NCBI GenBank assembly: GCA_964291265.2
Contig: OZ219747.1
Coordinates: 2,592,001 to 2,656,000 of the forward strand
Length of the DNA stretch: 64,000 nt
Source of the DNA: Alphaproteobacteria bacterium
GTDB lineage: Bacteria > Pseudomonadota > Alphaproteobacteria > SP197
Direction of reading: 5' to 3'
In this document: positions 1-11,193 of the stretch, piece by piece
Numbering within the stretch: position 1 is the stretch's first letter
How the letters are laid out: each line of letters opens with the position of its first letter
The notes under the pieces: generated by a model
What the model was told of the DNA's origin: nothing
The model's input: only the letters and a program-made list of their open reading frames with translations
Database searches by the model: none
Made by a program: the position numbers and the translations under genes

Positions 1-756
<756 letters not shown>

Positions 757-785
757 CCTTGCGAGTGAGCGAAGGAGACACCCTC

Positions 786-1076
786 ATGGCCCTCACCCCT
801 GCCGAGAAGCAGCGCCGTTATCGGGAACGCCGCAAGGCCGGCATCCCTGCCGTCCACCACCGAAAGCCCTGCGACCGTCGTTCCCGTGCGCAACGCTGGC
901 GCGATGCGGTGGCCGAGCTCGGTGCATTGCAGGAGCATTATCGAGACTGTCTCGACAGTCTTCCCGACTCCCTGCGCGACACGGCTTACGGAGAACGTCT
1001 GCAGATCATCGTCGAGGCCGACATCGAGGCTCTCGAGGAGATCGAACCGCCGCGCGGCTACGGACGGGACACATGA
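786..1076 (+). CDS. Accessory 96-aa basic protein inside IS110 (MALTPAEKQRRYRERRK...)
   Basis: RBS GAAGGAG at 771-777, ATG at 786; Arg-rich N-terminal helix; present in both IS110 copies. Confidence 0.7.
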   Translation: MALTPAEKQRRYRERRKAGIPAVHHRKPCDRRSRAQRWRDAVAELGALQEHYRDCLDSLPDSLRDTAYGERLQIIVEADIEALEEIEPPRGYGRDT

Positions 1077-1330
1077 CACCTGGAACCCCCTTGATCACGG
1101 TAACGTTACCATGCCCGGGGACGCTGGGCGGCAAGGTGGCCGCGCTCATCGGTAACGTTACCGTGATCAATGGACGGCAACTCGCTCATGCCGCCGGGAC
1201 GCATGACACCTGGAACTTCATCAAACACGGTAACGTTACCATGTCCGGGAACGCCGGCGGCAAAGCGACCGCACTCGCCGGTAACGTTACCATGATCAAT
1301 GGACAACAACCCGCCCATGCCGCCGGGACC
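1066..1330. repeat. Two ~130-bp tandem units with four GGTAACGTTACC palindromes (IS110 right region)
   Basis: Palindromes at 1099-1110, 1151-1162, 1229-1240 and 1280-1291; perfect 20-bp inverted repeat 1091-1110/1151-1170. Confidence 0.92.
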
Positions 1331-1459
1331 ACAAGCTGCATGTCGCCTCGCTCGCAGGACAAGAACATCGACAAGGCGGAACCCCAGACCGCTGTGGACA
1401 ACCACAGAAAACATCACCACGGACACCCGCAAAAAACCTTGCCGGGAAACATGGATGCT

Positions 1460-1809
1460 GGCTCAGACCCGTCGTCGCCTTCGATCCATACCATGCCGCC
1501 ATCAATATCTCCGACGCAAACCGCCCCGATGGCCAGCATGTAGAGTGCCCCTCCTACAATGTCAAGCGCATATCTCCAGAGGATTGGAAAGGCAGCCAAC
1601 CGCTGTGGATGATTGCATCATCACGGGGACAAAACCTGGCCATATAAGGCCGGAACGTGGAGCTGAAGACGAAGATCGATCCGCTTCTTGTCAGTCGGAA
1701 CACGCACATCCGATCATCGGAAGCGAGCAAGTGAAGGCGGCAAGAGACAATGCCGGATTCGAACCCGTCAGGAAAAACGATCCGTCATCAGTAGGGGGTG
1801 AGTAGTTAC
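1460..1809 (-). mobile_element. IS66-MTase element copy A (visible terminal part with MTase 5' fragment)
   Basis: Matches 13292-13641; TIR GGGGTGAGTAGTTAC ends at 1809; encodes MMAAWYGSKATTGLS up to the IS110 junction. Confidence 0.9.
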
Positions 1810-2633
1810 CCCGGTTCCATGAGGTCCCTTCGACGCTCCGGGGTCATCGACCATGGCAGCCACGGGTCGAGGTCATCCGGCGGCTTGCCGCCGTTCTGCG
1901 CGCAGGCCTCAAGCCACTCATGAAGCCAGCGCCGAACATTGATGTTGTTCATGGCAAGGGTGCCGATGACCGAGTACATGATGGCGGTGAAGGCGGCGCC
2001 TTCCTCGCTGTCGGAGCCGAAGCTCAGCTTTCTCGCGGTCACCGCACCCCGGAGGGTTCTCTCGGCAAAGTTGTTGTCCATGGGCACCTGGGGATGGTCG
2101 ACAAAGACGCACAGTCCCTCGCGGTGACGGATCAGGGAACGCAAGGGCTTCGCTTCGCGTGCACCCTCGGGCAAGGCGTCGAGTTCCTCCTGAGCCTGCC
2201 TGAACAGCGCCTCGACAGCCGCACGAAGGTCCTTCTGCAGGGCATTGAACCTCGCTGACTGACGCTTGCGTGCGGGATCGTAGTGCTTCAGCCGTTGCCC
2301 ATTCAGTGTGTAGATCAGCGCGATCCTGTCGAGCCACTTGTCGCACCACTCTTCCAGCCCCTCTTGGCCTGCCGCAGCCTCGATCACATCGCGCCTGGAG
2401 TGCGCCCAGCAAAGGCAGAGGATCACCTTGCCATCAAGCTCACGCTCCAGTTTCCTGTAGACCGCGTAGCGATCGCAGACAAGGAAGACGGTGCCTTCGG
2501 TGGAGGCGAACAGCACCATGGCCACCCGGGTGCTGCGTGACGGGTCGATAAGGAAGAAGACGGAGTCGGCGCTGACCGCGGTCCACAGCCAGGCCTTCTG
2601 CGAGCGCCCCGAGGCCTTGAGGGACTGGATGCG
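1806..2633 (-). pseudogene. tnpC: IS66 TnpC C-terminal half (RIQSLK...CWAH...DNNFAERTLR)
   Basis: IS66 motifs CDRY, CWAHSRR and DNN.AER; joins in frame to DETSW at 6519 once 2634-6518 is removed. Confidence 0.9.
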
Positions 2634-2769
2634 GTGTGCCAGCATCCATGTTTCCCGGCAAGGTTTTTTGCGGGTGTCCGTGGTGATGTTTTCTGTGGTT
2701 GTCCACAGCGGTCTGGGGTTCCGCCTTGTCGATGTTCTTGTCCTGCGAGCGAGGCGACATGCAGCTTGT

Positions 2770-3034
2770 GGTCCCGGCGGCATGGGCGGGTTGTTGTCCA
2801 TTGATCATGGTAACGTTACCGGCGAGTGCGGTCGCTTTGCCGCCGGCGTTCCCGGACATGGTAACGTTACCGTGTTTGATGAAGTTCCAGGTGTCATGCG
2901 TCCCGGCGGCATGAGCGAGTTGCCGTCCATTGATCACGGTAACGTTACCGATGAGCGCGGCCACCTTGCCGCCCAGCGTCCCCGGGCATGGTAACGTTAC
3001 CGTGATCAAGGGGGTTCCAGGTGTCATGTGTCCC
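2770..3034. repeat. Palindrome array of IS110 copy 2
   Basis: Mirror image of 1066-1330. Confidence 0.9.
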
Positions 3035-3314
3035 GTCCGTAGCCGCGCGGCGGTTCGATCTCCTCGAGAGCCTCGATGTCGGCCTCGACGATGATCTGCA
3101 GACGTTCTCCGTAAGCCGTGTCGCGCAGGGAGTCGGGAAGACTGTCGAGACAGTCTCGATAATGCTCCTGCAATGCACCGAGCTCGGCCACCGCATCGCG
3201 CCAGCGTTGCGCACGGGAACGACGGTCGCAGGGCTTTCGGTGGTGGACGGCAGGGATGCCGGCCTTGCGGCGTTCCCGATAACGGCGCTGCTTCTCGGCA
3301 GGGGTGAGGGCCAT
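3024..3314 (-). CDS. Accessory 96-aa protein inside IS110 copy 2
   Basis: Same as 786-1076. Confidence 0.7.
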   Translation of the reverse strand: MALTPAEKQRRYRERRKAGIPAVHHRKPCDRRSRAQRWRDAVAELGALQEHYRDCLDSLPDSLRDTAYGERLQIIVEADIEALEEIEPPRGYGRDT

Positions 3315-3343
3315 GAGGGTGTCTCCTTCGCTCACTCGCAAGG

Positions 3344-4495
<1,152 letters not shown>

Positions 4496-4958
4496 TCTCT
4501 GCAACCATAGACCGGGCCCTCTCCCACAGTCGGGGTTGTCCACATTTTCCCGCCGCCAACCGCTGTGGATGATTGCATCATCACGGGGACAAAACCTGGT
4601 CATATAAGGCGAACTGGCGGAAGGTAGGGGGTGAAAGTCCCCTGAAACGAAGGAGTAACCAAACCACGTTTCTCCGCGAGCCGTGCGTCGGTTCCCGCGA
4701 GGGGGCAGGCGAAGCGTCGGTAGCGGTACGGATGGGCAGGGCTAATGAGCACCGAAAAGTCCGTTGTTCGGGGTGCCGAGGCTTTCGCATCGGTCGAAGG
4801 CAACATCGCAGGCATCGATTTGGTGAGATGTCGGCGAGCCCCGCGGTGTCGGAGAACCCATGCACGTCCGCACGCCTTCTGTTGGGACCCTGGGAGGTCT
4901 TCGAACTATCCCGCCTGTCGTGGCGGGACCGTGTAGGGAAAGGAGAAAGCCGAAGCCT

Positions 4959-6446
4959 ATGAGGAACGGTTTGAAGAAGTCGGATGGGGCCGTAAGACCG
5001 GTGAAGGCGGCGAACAAGGGAGCGTCAGCTTCTGCGGAGTCGCTGGAGGAAAGGGCCTCAACCAAGGGGAATCCGGGACGCCAAAGCACGCACCGAACGC
5101 AGTGTCGGGCAAGTGTGCCACAGGCGGCGGACCGGATACGGGAAGCTGCAGAGAGGAACCCGAAGGAGCGTCTCACTGCACTCTTCCATCACATTACGCC
5201 GGACGCGCTCCGGGCGGCCTACTTCGGTTTGAAGAAGGAAGCCTCGGCAGGTGTCGACGGCGTGACGTGGGCGGCGTATGGCGAGGGTCTGGACGAGCGC
5301 TTGCTTGATCTGCACTCGCGCCTGCATCGTGGGGGAGCGTACCGGGCGCCGCCGGTTCGGCGGGTTGAGATACCCAAGCCGGACGGCGGGACACGACCGC
5401 TCGGGATTGCCGCACTGGAGGACAAGATCGTCCAGAAGGCGGTTGTGGATGTGATCCTGACACCGATTTATGAGGTGGAGTTCCTTGGCTTCAGCTACGG
5501 GTTCCGACCGGGCCGAGGGGCGCATGACGCTCTCGACGCCCTGGCGTTCGGGATCGAGCGGCGCAAGGTCAACTGGATAGTCGACGCGGACATTCAGGGG
5601 TACTTCGACACAATCCCGAGGGATTGGTTGATCAAGTTCCTGGAGCATCGCATTGGCGACAGGCGGGTGATCCGTCTGATCCGCAAGTGGCTGAACGCTG
5701 GCGTCATGACCGACGGATCATGGAGCGACACCGGTGCGGGCACGCCTCAGGGCGCCATTGTCAGCCCCTGCCTGGCGAACGTGTTTCTGCACTACGTGCT
5801 CGATCTGTGGTTTCACAAGGCATGGCGTCCGAAGGTTCCGAACGGTAAAGCGATCATTGTCCGCTACGCGGACGATATTGTGGTCGGGTTCCAGCATAAG
5901 CGGGATGCGGAGACATACCTTCGCGACGTTCGGGAGAGGCTGGACCGCTTTGGTCTCACCCTTCACCCGGACAAGACCCGTCTCGTTGAGTTTGGACGGT
6001 TTGCCAAGGCGAACCGGCGATCTCGCGGGGCGGGCAGGCCGGAGACGTTCGACTTCCTGGGCTTCACGCACTTCTGCACGGAGACCCGGAGAGGACGCTT
6101 CAGGCTTGGTCGCAAGCCGGTCGCAAAACGGGTCGCAAGGACCCTGGCGCGCATCGAGGAGGTGCTTCGCAATCGACGGCATCACGACATATGGGAGGTC
6201 GGCATGTGGCTTGGGCGAGTTGTCAATGGCTGGTCCAACTACTTCGCCGTTCCGGGGTCGACCCGATGGCTGCGCACGTTCCGCCAAAGGCTGCAACGCC
6301 TATGGCTGCGAGCGATCCGCCGCCGCTCCCAGCGCCACTGCTTTGACTGGAAGCGATTGGAGCGCATGACCGAGCTTCTTTGGCCGCGCGTCTCCATCCG
6401 CCACCCATGGCCGGACCAGCGGTTTACCGTCAAGCACCCGAGGTAG
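4959..6446 (+). CDS. ltrA: Group II intron reverse transcriptase/maturase (no endonuclease domain seen)
   Basis: GVDG, RPLGI, SYGFRPGR, GTPQG, YADD and FDFLGF motifs; start may be upstream. Confidence 0.95.
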   Translation: MRNGLKKSDGAVRPVKAANKGASASAESLEERASTKGNPGRQSTHRTQCRASVPQAADRIREAAERNPKERLTALFHHITPDALRAAYFGLKKEASAGVDGVTWAAYGEGLDERLLDLHSRLHRGGAYRAPPVRRVEIPKPDGGTRPLGIAALEDKIVQKAVVDVILTPIYEVEFLGFSYGFRPGRGAHDALDALAFGIERRKVNWIVDADIQGYFDTIPRDWLIKFLEHRIGDRRVIRLIRKWLNAGVMTDGSWSDTGAGTPQGAIVSPCLANVFLHYVLDLWFHKAWRPKVPNGKAIIVRYADDIVVGFQHKRDAETYLRDVRERLDRFGLTLHPDKTRLVEFGRFAKANRRSRGAGRPETFDFLGFTHFCTETRRGRFRLGRKPVAKRVARTLARIEEVLRNRRHHDIWEVGMWLGRVVNGWSNYFAVPGSTRWLRTFRQRLQRLWLRAIRRRSQRHCFDWKRLERMTELLWPRVSIRHPWPDQRFTVKHPR

Positions 6447-6518
6447 GAGCCGGATGGATTAACGTCCATGTCCGGATCTGTGCGGGGGGTGCGCAGCAAT
6501 GCGCATCCCTACCGCGAC

Positions 6519-7487
6519 CCAGCTGGTCTCGTCGCCGTGGCGCACCGTCAGCCGGTTCTGATGATCGAGGATGGCCTGAGCGAGAGGCGCGAACATCGGC
6601 GTCATCTTCTTCATGCCGCCAGCGATCGTTCCCGGCGCCATCGGCAGTCCCTGGTCTTCCAGCCATCGCGAGACCCGGCGCAGGGGACGCAAGCAGGCGA
6701 AGCGCTCATAGAGCACGCATTCCCAGACACTGATGCCGAAGGGGGTATTCGCAAGCAAGCGCAAAGGTGGCGGCGCGATGATCTCCGCAGGCGCCGACGA
6801 ACACTGACAACCACGGCGCCAACGCCCACGCTCAATCCGCCGGGTATGAGCCTTGACATGGACCTCCATGATCGAGGTCTCGTGGCTGCCGTTGGCCACG
6901 TAGGGCTCGCCGCAACACGGGCACGTGCGCTGCGATGCCGGTGGATCATGGCGCTCGTGCTTCTCCTCGAGCTTCGGACGCGGGGTGCGCCCGTGGCCGC
7001 TCTTGCCGGGTTGCTGACCCCGCTTGTTCCCGGTGCCTTCCTTCTTCTTCCGCTTCTCGCTCTTCGACCCGAAGCGCGCCGTCGCGTGCTTGGCACGCGT
7101 CCCGCGGAGATTCCTCAGCTCGCTCGCCTGTTCAGCGTTCTTGAGCTTCAGAGCGTCCCTTTCCTGCTCCAGCGCCTCCGCCAGGTCCTGTCCACGCTTC
7201 ACCTCCCGGCGAGCCTCCTCGAGCTGATGACGAGTGCGGTCGAGATGAAACTTGAATGTGCCCGCACGGGCACGGGCAGAATTCTTCGCACGGCGCAGGT
7301 CACGCATGCTCGCTTCCGCCGCATCCGCACGAACCCGCTCCGCCTCATAGAGCGCCTGCCAGTCAGGCGCCTCGCATGACAAGGCCGCTGACGCCCGACA
7401 TAGGCCGTCACCACCTCCCGTCAGCTGCTGTGTCGCTCCGCGCGTCTCGGCAAAAGTCTTCATGGCCTCGACCATAATCGAGACCAA
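6519..7487 (-). pseudogene. tnpC: IS66 TnpC N-terminal half
   Basis: Coiled coil, FGSKSEK, GQQPG..GHGR, CPCCG zinc finger; ends at HGDETSW at the intron junction. Confidence 0.9.
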
Positions 7488-7583
7488 ACGAGTTTACCAG
7501 CACTTTCTCAGACGATAGTCAGCAAGACCCAAACCAACCAAAATCAGCCATCACCGCACGGCCGAACGCTTACGGACCAGCAT

Positions 7584-10489
7584 CAGACGTCCTGACTTCG
7601 GAAAGCTGTCTTGGGTCTGACGGAGCCCTTTTCCACAGGGAAACCAAGGGTTTTCAGGGTTTGGTGGGCTTGACAAGTGAATCTGCTGTCGAGCAAGGTA
7701 CGCAACCCCACTTTCTTTCTCCAGGTGGCCCATGGACACGCTTCCCCTGTCCCCTCCCGAGGCGGTTCCGATCGGACATTCCTGCTTCTCGTTCGCCGAG
7801 AACGAACGCGGTCAGGTGGTCTATTTTTCGAACCTCGAACCTTACGACTTTCACGATGTGGACGATCGCGGCGCCTGGCTCCTGCGGGCGGCCCGCCTGG
7901 CCGAGAGCGGGGTGCGCCGAGCGGACATCCGGATGGCCTTCGGTCTCTCTCGCACGACCCTGCAGCGGTCGGTGAACCGATTGCGCGATGAGGGCGAGGC
8001 CGGCTTCCTGCAGTTCTGTCCGGTACGCGGGGTGAGCGCGATCACGGGGGAGATGAAGGAGCGTGCGACGCGTCTGCTGGCCGAGGGGATGAGCGGTGCG
8101 GCGGTGGCGCGGGAACTGGGGCTGTCGAAGGAGACGCTGAACTACAACCGCCGGCGCGGCCATCTTGCGCCCGCGGGTTCGGGGGACGGTGCTGCCGCTC
8201 GCGGACTTCGTCCGTGCCGCGAGGTCCCGGCGCTCTCGGCCGCGACGAAGGAGCAGGCTCTCGGTCTCCTGGCCGAGGGGAGGAGCGATGCGGCGGTGGC
8301 CCGTGCTCTGGGGCTGTCGAAGGAGATGTTGCAGGCCCACCGCCGGAAGGGGCATCTGCCTTCCGCGGGACCGGTTGGAGGCTCCGGCGTGTCCGGTGTC
8401 CGTCCGGGTGGGAGTGGCCGCGTGGTGATCACGCAGGAGATCCGCGAGGAAGCGGACCGTCTGCTGGCCGAGGGCAAGAGCGTGTCGGCGGCGGCCCGCG
8501 AACTCGGCGTGAACGCCGCGACCCTGAACTACCATCGCCGGAAGGGTTCGATCGGCGCGGCGCGGCCGGAGGCCGCGACTGCCGGGTCCGGCCCGGATGC
8601 ATCGGAGAAGCCCGATGGGCCGCAAGAAGTGTCCATGCCGGCCTGCGACACCGAGGTCTGCGGATCCCCGGCGCCGCGTCCGCTCGACCGCGCCGCCCGC
8701 GACGATCGGGACCGTTCGGCGCCGATGGGTCGCGGTGCGCGGGACGGCATGGGGCGGGTCGCGGCCGCAGTCGGAAAGTTGCCCGAGGCGCAGCCCCGGT
8801 TTGCCGAGGCCCTGTCGGCGGTGGCGCACGGCGGCGTGCTCGCGGCGCTGCCGGCGCTTCTCCGGGAGGGGCTGCTGAAGCACGCGCCCGCGTTCCTGTC
8901 ATTGCCGAAGGGGTACTACGGGGTGACGAGCATCCTGTTGCTGCAGGCCTTTCTCCTGCTGGCCCGGGTGCGGAACGCGGAGGCGCTACGCTACCAGTCC
9001 CCGGGGGAATGGGGCGCCATCCTGGGTCTGGACCGCTGTCCGGAGGTCAAGACGCTGCGGAGCAAGGTTCGCGCGCTGGCGGCGGATGCGGAACGGCTCA
9101 CGGCGTGGCAGGGCGCACTGGCGAGGGACTGGTGCGCGGAGGACCCGGAGGCGACCGCGACGCTGTCGGTCGACGGTCACGTGAAAGTGTATACCGGCCG
9201 CAAGGGGGTTAAGCCGAAGCACTTCGTGTCTCGTCAGAAGCTCTGCCTGCCGGCTTCGGTCAGCTCCTGGGTCCATGCGCTTGGCGGTCGGCCGCTGCTG
9301 TGCCTGCACAAGAACCTCGATCCCACCCTGACCCGCGCCCTGGAACGGGATGTTCTGCCGGCGCTGGAGGAGTTGGGCGTGGCGGGGCCGGATGCACCGG
9401 ATCTCACCACTGCCGACATGGCCGTGCCGGCCCTGACGCTGGTCTTCGACCGGGAGGGCTGGAGTCCGGCCCTGTTCCGTCGTCTCGCCCGGCGCGGGAT
9501 CGCGGTGATCACCTGGCACAAGAATTTCAAGGGCAAGGACTGGCCGGAAGAGGAGTTCTCCCTCGAGACGGTGCCGATTCACGGCCCCGGAGGCGATCGC
9601 ACGAGCAACATCTGGCTGGCCGAGAAGCGCATCCGCCTGCACGACGGTCCCGAGGTCCGGCAGATCCGCCGTCGGCTGAACGACGGCCGCCAGATCGCCC
9701 TGATCACCACGGACTTCCACCTGTCGCGGGCCCGGGTCGCGAGTGCCCTGTTCTCGCGATGGTCCCAGGAGAACTTCTTCAAGTACGCTCGGGAAGAATT
9801 CCACCTCGACTCCCTGCCGGTGCACAGTCTGGTCCCCCAGGATCCGGACGCACAGGTCATCAACCCGGACTGGCGCAACAGGGACCGCGAGCTGCGCCGC
9901 CGCCGGCAGGCACTCGGCACGCTCCGCAACCGGATCGCCGAACTGGAACGCAAGCCCGAACCCTCCAACGCAATCCTCCGGAAAGTCGGACAACTGCAGG
10001 CCGAGAAGGAGACACTCGAAGCCAGGATCAAGACCCTGCAACAAGAACGCAAGGAAACCCCGAAGTATGTCCGGGTCAAGGATCTCAGAGACGATCAAGC
10101 CCTCGATGCCCTGGCGTCCCGGGAGAGGCACTGGCTCGACATCCTGCGCATGATCGCCTACCGCGCCGAAACCCGGATGATGGCGGCCGTGGCCAGGGAG
10201 CAGGGCAAGAAACAGCGACCGCGAAGACACCTCCGCGCACTCCTGCAGGCCGACGCCGACATCCTCCCCGACCCCGAACGGGGCATCCTCCGGGTGCGCA
10301 TCCTCGGAACCGCATGCAACGCCAGCGATGACGCCATCGCAGGGCTGCTGCAGGAACTCAACGATACCCGCACACGCTTTCCAGGAACCGAACTCCGCAT
10401 GGTCTACGAACTGCCCGAGAAGCCCACCTGAACGGCCACCAAGGGTTCACACTTCTTGATCGCCAACACTCCCGAAGTCAGGACGTCTG
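7584..10489 (+). mobile_element. IS with 18-bp TIR and 5-bp TSD (unclassified, ISNCY-like DDE)
   Basis: TIR CAGACGTCCTGACTTCGG at both ends; TSD AGCAT at 7579-7583 and 10490-10494. Confidence 0.9.
7732..10431 (+). CDS. Large DDE transposase with three tandem HTH modules
   Basis: VDGH, VFDREG and RWSQENFFKY motifs; three LLAEGxS..ARxLG repeats; lies between the TIRs. Confidence 0.85.
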   Translation: MDTLPLSPPEAVPIGHSCFSFAENERGQVVYFSNLEPYDFHDVDDRGAWLLRAARLAESGVRRADIRMAFGLSRTTLQRSVNRLRDEGEAGFLQFCPVRGVSAITGEMKERATRLLAEGMSGAAVARELGLSKETLNYNRRRGHLAPAGSGDGAAARGLRPCREVPALSAATKEQALGLLAEGRSDAAVARALGLSKEMLQAHRRKGHLPSAGPVGGSGVSGVRPGGSGRVVITQEIREEADRLLAEGKSVSAAARELGVNAATLNYHRRKGSIGAARPEAATAGSGPDASEKPDGPQEVSMPACDTEVCGSPAPRPLDRAARDDRDRSAPMGRGARDGMGRVAAAVGKLPEAQPRFAEALSAVAHGGVLAALPALLREGLLKHAPAFLSLPKGYYGVTSILLLQAFLLLARVRNAEALRYQSPGEWGAILGLDRCPEVKTLRSKVRALAADAERLTAWQGALARDWCAEDPEATATLSVDGHVKVYTGRKGVKPKHFVSRQKLCLPASVSSWVHALGGRPLLCLHKNLDPTLTRALERDVLPALEELGVAGPDAPDLTTADMAVPALTLVFDREGWSPALFRRLARRGIAVITWHKNFKGKDWPEEEFSLETVPIHGPGGDRTSNIWLAEKRIRLHDGPEVRQIRRRLNDGRQIALITTDFHLSRARVASALFSRWSQENFFKYAREEFHLDSLPVHSLVPQDPDAQVINPDWRNRDRELRRRRQALGTLRNRIAELERKPEPSNAILRKVGQLQAEKETLEARIKTLQQERKETPKYVRVKDLRDDQALDALASRERHWLDILRMIAYRAETRMMAAVAREQGKKQRPRRHLRALLQADADILPDPERGILRVRILGTACNASDDAIAGLLQELNDTRTRFPGTELRMVYELPEKPT

Positions 10490-10681
10490 AGCATCGCCAC
10501 CGTGCGTCATCAAGATCAGAACCGTATTCCGAAGCATCGGCTGCTCTTCCGATGGCGGCATGGCGCCGAGCAGTCGCCCGAACCCCTCGCCGTCTATAGA
10601 GCCGCTGTAAACGAATACCGCCGCGTCGAGAGACGCAGAGACAGCGTTCGCGGCTTCGACCACCTCTTCAGGAGGTTGCAT
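10490..10681 (-). pseudogene. N-terminus of an SDH/SppA-like Clp-fold serine protease, interrupted by IS
   Basis: YSGSID...LILMTHGGDA resembles the family N-terminus; cut at the TSD. Confidence 0.5.
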
Positions 10682-10892
10682 CGGTCCGCCAACGAGCGCG
10701 AGCCGCTTCCTTGGTCATCTCGGAACGCCGTTCTGGGCTGAGCTTCTTGGCGCGTGCCTGCCCGTCCTTCAGACCATCTGCGCGTGCGAATTCGTTCACC
10801 GGCGTCGTGGCCAGCGTTTCGCGGCGCCTGCCCGTCGCCACATCAACGATATGCTTGGCGAGCTGGCTGGTGTCGCGGGGTCTCTTGTCCAT
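10668..10892 (-). CDS. Small basic protein (KRPRD..QLAK.IVD.ATG...ARAKKLSPERRSE..ARW)
   Basis: Recognisable small conserved family often found near IS elements. Confidence 0.6.
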   Translation of the reverse strand: MDKRPRDTSQLAKHIVDVATGRRRETLATTPVNEFARADGLKDGQARAKKLSPERRSEMTKEAARARWRTDATS

Positions 10893-11193
10893 GTGCGCAC
10901 TATGGCATGGCCTAGATCGTAGGGAAAGGGGACTGGCCGGCATGTGTCCCCGTGCTGCATACCTCATAGCGTTCGCGCGGGCCGGAGTTCAGCATCGGCA
11001 CCGGGTGAGGGAGGCTGAATGAGGCGGTGCATAAGCGGAGCGGCGTGTGCAGCAGCCATTGTCACGGCATCCGGGTTATGGGGGACTTGGGCGGACATGA
11101 AGGAAATCTGCACGGGTAAGCGTTCGGACTGCACCACTTGAGGGTCCCGGCCTTCTGGGTCTGAAGGACTTTTCAATCGCAGGTGGTAACTAC

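Noticed and set aside
1099-1110. GTAAC-GTTAC as fused IS66 termini
   Set aside because: Only 5 bp match the TIR, and the rest (TACTCACCCC) is absent.
1066-1330. CRISPR-like array of palindromic repeats
   Set aside because: The repeats are only 12 bp, spacers 1 and 3 are homologous (tandem duplication), and there are no cas genes.
1073-3027. ORFs 1073-1543, 2440-3027 and the N-terminus of 1806-2801 as real proteins
   Set aside because: They cross element junctions and read through the palindrome array, so they are chimeric frames.
4959-6446. Retron, DGR or defence-associated reverse transcriptase
   Set aside because: It has group II intron boundaries, domain V, EBS/IBS pairing and a maturase domain.
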